Of a stretch of DNA of 64,000 nucleotides, positions 62,464-64,000 are shown in pieces; the stretch's first letter is position 1; each line of letters begins with the position of its first letter. The stretch covers positions 471,090 through 535,089 of the forward strand of contig JAAOMT010000299.1 of the NCBI GenBank assembly GCA_016748015.1. The letters run 5' to 3'. This DNA is from Geosiphon pyriformis uo1 (Eukaryota > Fungi > Glomeromycota). The notes beneath the pieces were generated by a model that was not told the DNA's origin, did not search any database, and saw nothing but the letters and a program-made list of their open reading frames with translations. A program made the position numbers and the translations under genes.

Positions 62464-64000
62464 ATGCACGATTTCATGGAATATTGTCTTCGTCAATATT
62501 TTAAAACAACTGGCTGGAATGAAAATAATCAATATTCAAATTTCTGCTCAGCTTCACGAGGTGAGTGCAACCCCTAAGCAAAAGTAGGTTAAGCTCAAGA
62601 TATGAGAGTATGTGGACTTTTATTTGTTCTTCGAGCCTTGAACCGCTGCTCCTTTTAGCTATTCTAGAGTTCAAAACTCCGCGTGGTTTTACTTGTACGA
62701 TGTCAAAGATGCCTGTACCACTTTTCAAAAATTCTCACTCAATTAACGCCTTACCAACACTGAGTGGCTCTATCGGATACCTTTTCACTTCACGTCCGGT
62801 TATCGTGGAGCCTAGTGCACAAATAAATATAGAAGAATTAATAGATAGATTTTATATACACTACCCTTCTCAAACACAAACATCGAATGGACCTTCAGAT
62901 ACTTTTGAAGAAAACAATAAGCAATATCAAAAAGGTTATTGTTGAATTATGAGTTTCTTGTCCTTTCTACAATTCGATTGCTAACTTTATCATAGACTAT
63001 CTGTTTTTTGGGCGTCTTTATATCCCATCGACACGTCTTGAAGCACTTTACACCAAACGATTTTCACCAAATTTACAGGGTGTGATTTCAGGTGTCAGCG
63101 ATCCGAAATCGAGAGCGGCTTCTAATGTAAAAAACCTCATATAGTCGAATGGTGTATTCACAGTTTTTATATTCTTTCTATTTTATGCAGTTATCCGCTG
63201 AGCTACATTACGATGCGGGTAAATGGTGTACAGAATTGTCTTTCTCTACAGATGGGGCCTTATTTGGCCTCAGAGGATTATACAATTTTGATGGAGATGC
63301 AGGGGAGGATACAGCGAACTCTGAGTATTGTATTGCACAAACTGATGAGTTTAAATCACCAACGATTGCAGAAATGGCTTTTTTTGATCAATCATCAATT
63401 GAACCAAATGATTACGATGAAGAAGCTGTGATTGGACTAAAAGGACAGTGGTCAGCAGGTGCAGAATTATATTATGGCGTCAGGGAGAGAAGCGGGGGAG
63501 GTGTGTAAATTTGCCAACAGGATGATTCTCAAGTTGATATTCTCGTTTTGAAGTTTTGAGGATGCAATTACATCGGAACTGGCCCATAACCCTTCATACA
63601 CCAACTAGTGTCAACTGGGGTAAGATATCGTACCCTTCCGCAAAATCCAACTCAGTCACCTCTTACCGTGACCTACCTTTTTAACCCTATTATGGGGCAT
63701 ATGTCAGCTGCTTTTGCAGCTCAAGTTTCTGATGACCTTGCTCTTTGCCCAAAATTTGATTTCAACATGTATAGCTATGAGAGTGATTTGGTGCTAGGAT
63801 GTGAATGGTGGCAAAGAGAAAAAGCTCTAAAGGTTAATAATGAGAGTCAGAGTTTATCTTCCAACGAAATTAAATCTTTGGATGAGGTCCAAGGTGTGGT
63901 CAAAGCTACTATCGGTGCATCAAAGGCAAGAAAAACTTGAGCTTTTAATTGGTGTTATGAAAATCATTAATTTATTTTAGTTTAGGGCGTTCGATTGTTG
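62464..64000 (+). CDS. MDM10: Mitochondrial distribution and morphology protein 10 (ERMES/SAM beta-barrel), truncated by the window. Exons 62464-62560, 62659-62934, 62996-63126, 63191-63500, 63609-63925, 63986->64000
   Basis: Spliced translation MHDFMEYCLRQYFKTTGWNENNQYS..., GSIGYLFTS, GRLYIPSTRLEALY, LHYDAGKWCTE, GLRGLYNF, SAGAELYYG..ERSGGVSTGVRY, NPIMGH, FDFNMYSYESD matches Mdm10 motifs. Intron phases are consistent. Confidence 0.93.

Noticed and set aside
62362-62577. N-terminal extension of MDM10 from GTG 62362
   Set aside because: Mdm10 homology starts at MHDFMEY (62464); the upstream part has no ATG and the downstream part of this ORF runs into intron 1.

Overview
Eukaryotic, very AT-rich fungal DNA. 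It is probably glomeromycete/Mucoromycota; the elements recall Geosiphon pyriformis repeats, but that is from memory and not verified. About 62 kb is a nested retrotransposon island, followed by the first exons of MDM10 (62464 to the window end). Six Ty3/Gypsy LTR elements from at least three divergent families are present (A, B, E; C, F; D), plus one solo LTR and two APE/RT/RNase H non-LTR elements. Nesting is A into B into C into LINE-1, D into a solo LTR, and E into LINE-2; F lies beside them. Nearly all coding regions are decayed by C>T/G>A transitions. The main result is an atypical three-cistron architecture shared by all the LTR families. ORF1 is Gag (the frame extends back into the LTR in the A/B/E family), protease, a large Cys-rich insert, dUTPase, a dUTPase-like repeat, RT and RNase H, and it ends at a conserved stop. 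The integrase is a separate ORF with its own start behind a CA-rich spacer whose length does not preserve frame. A conserved, non-env ORF3 of unknown function ends at or runs across the PPT. The 4-bp target sites all have a central CG, CA or TG.
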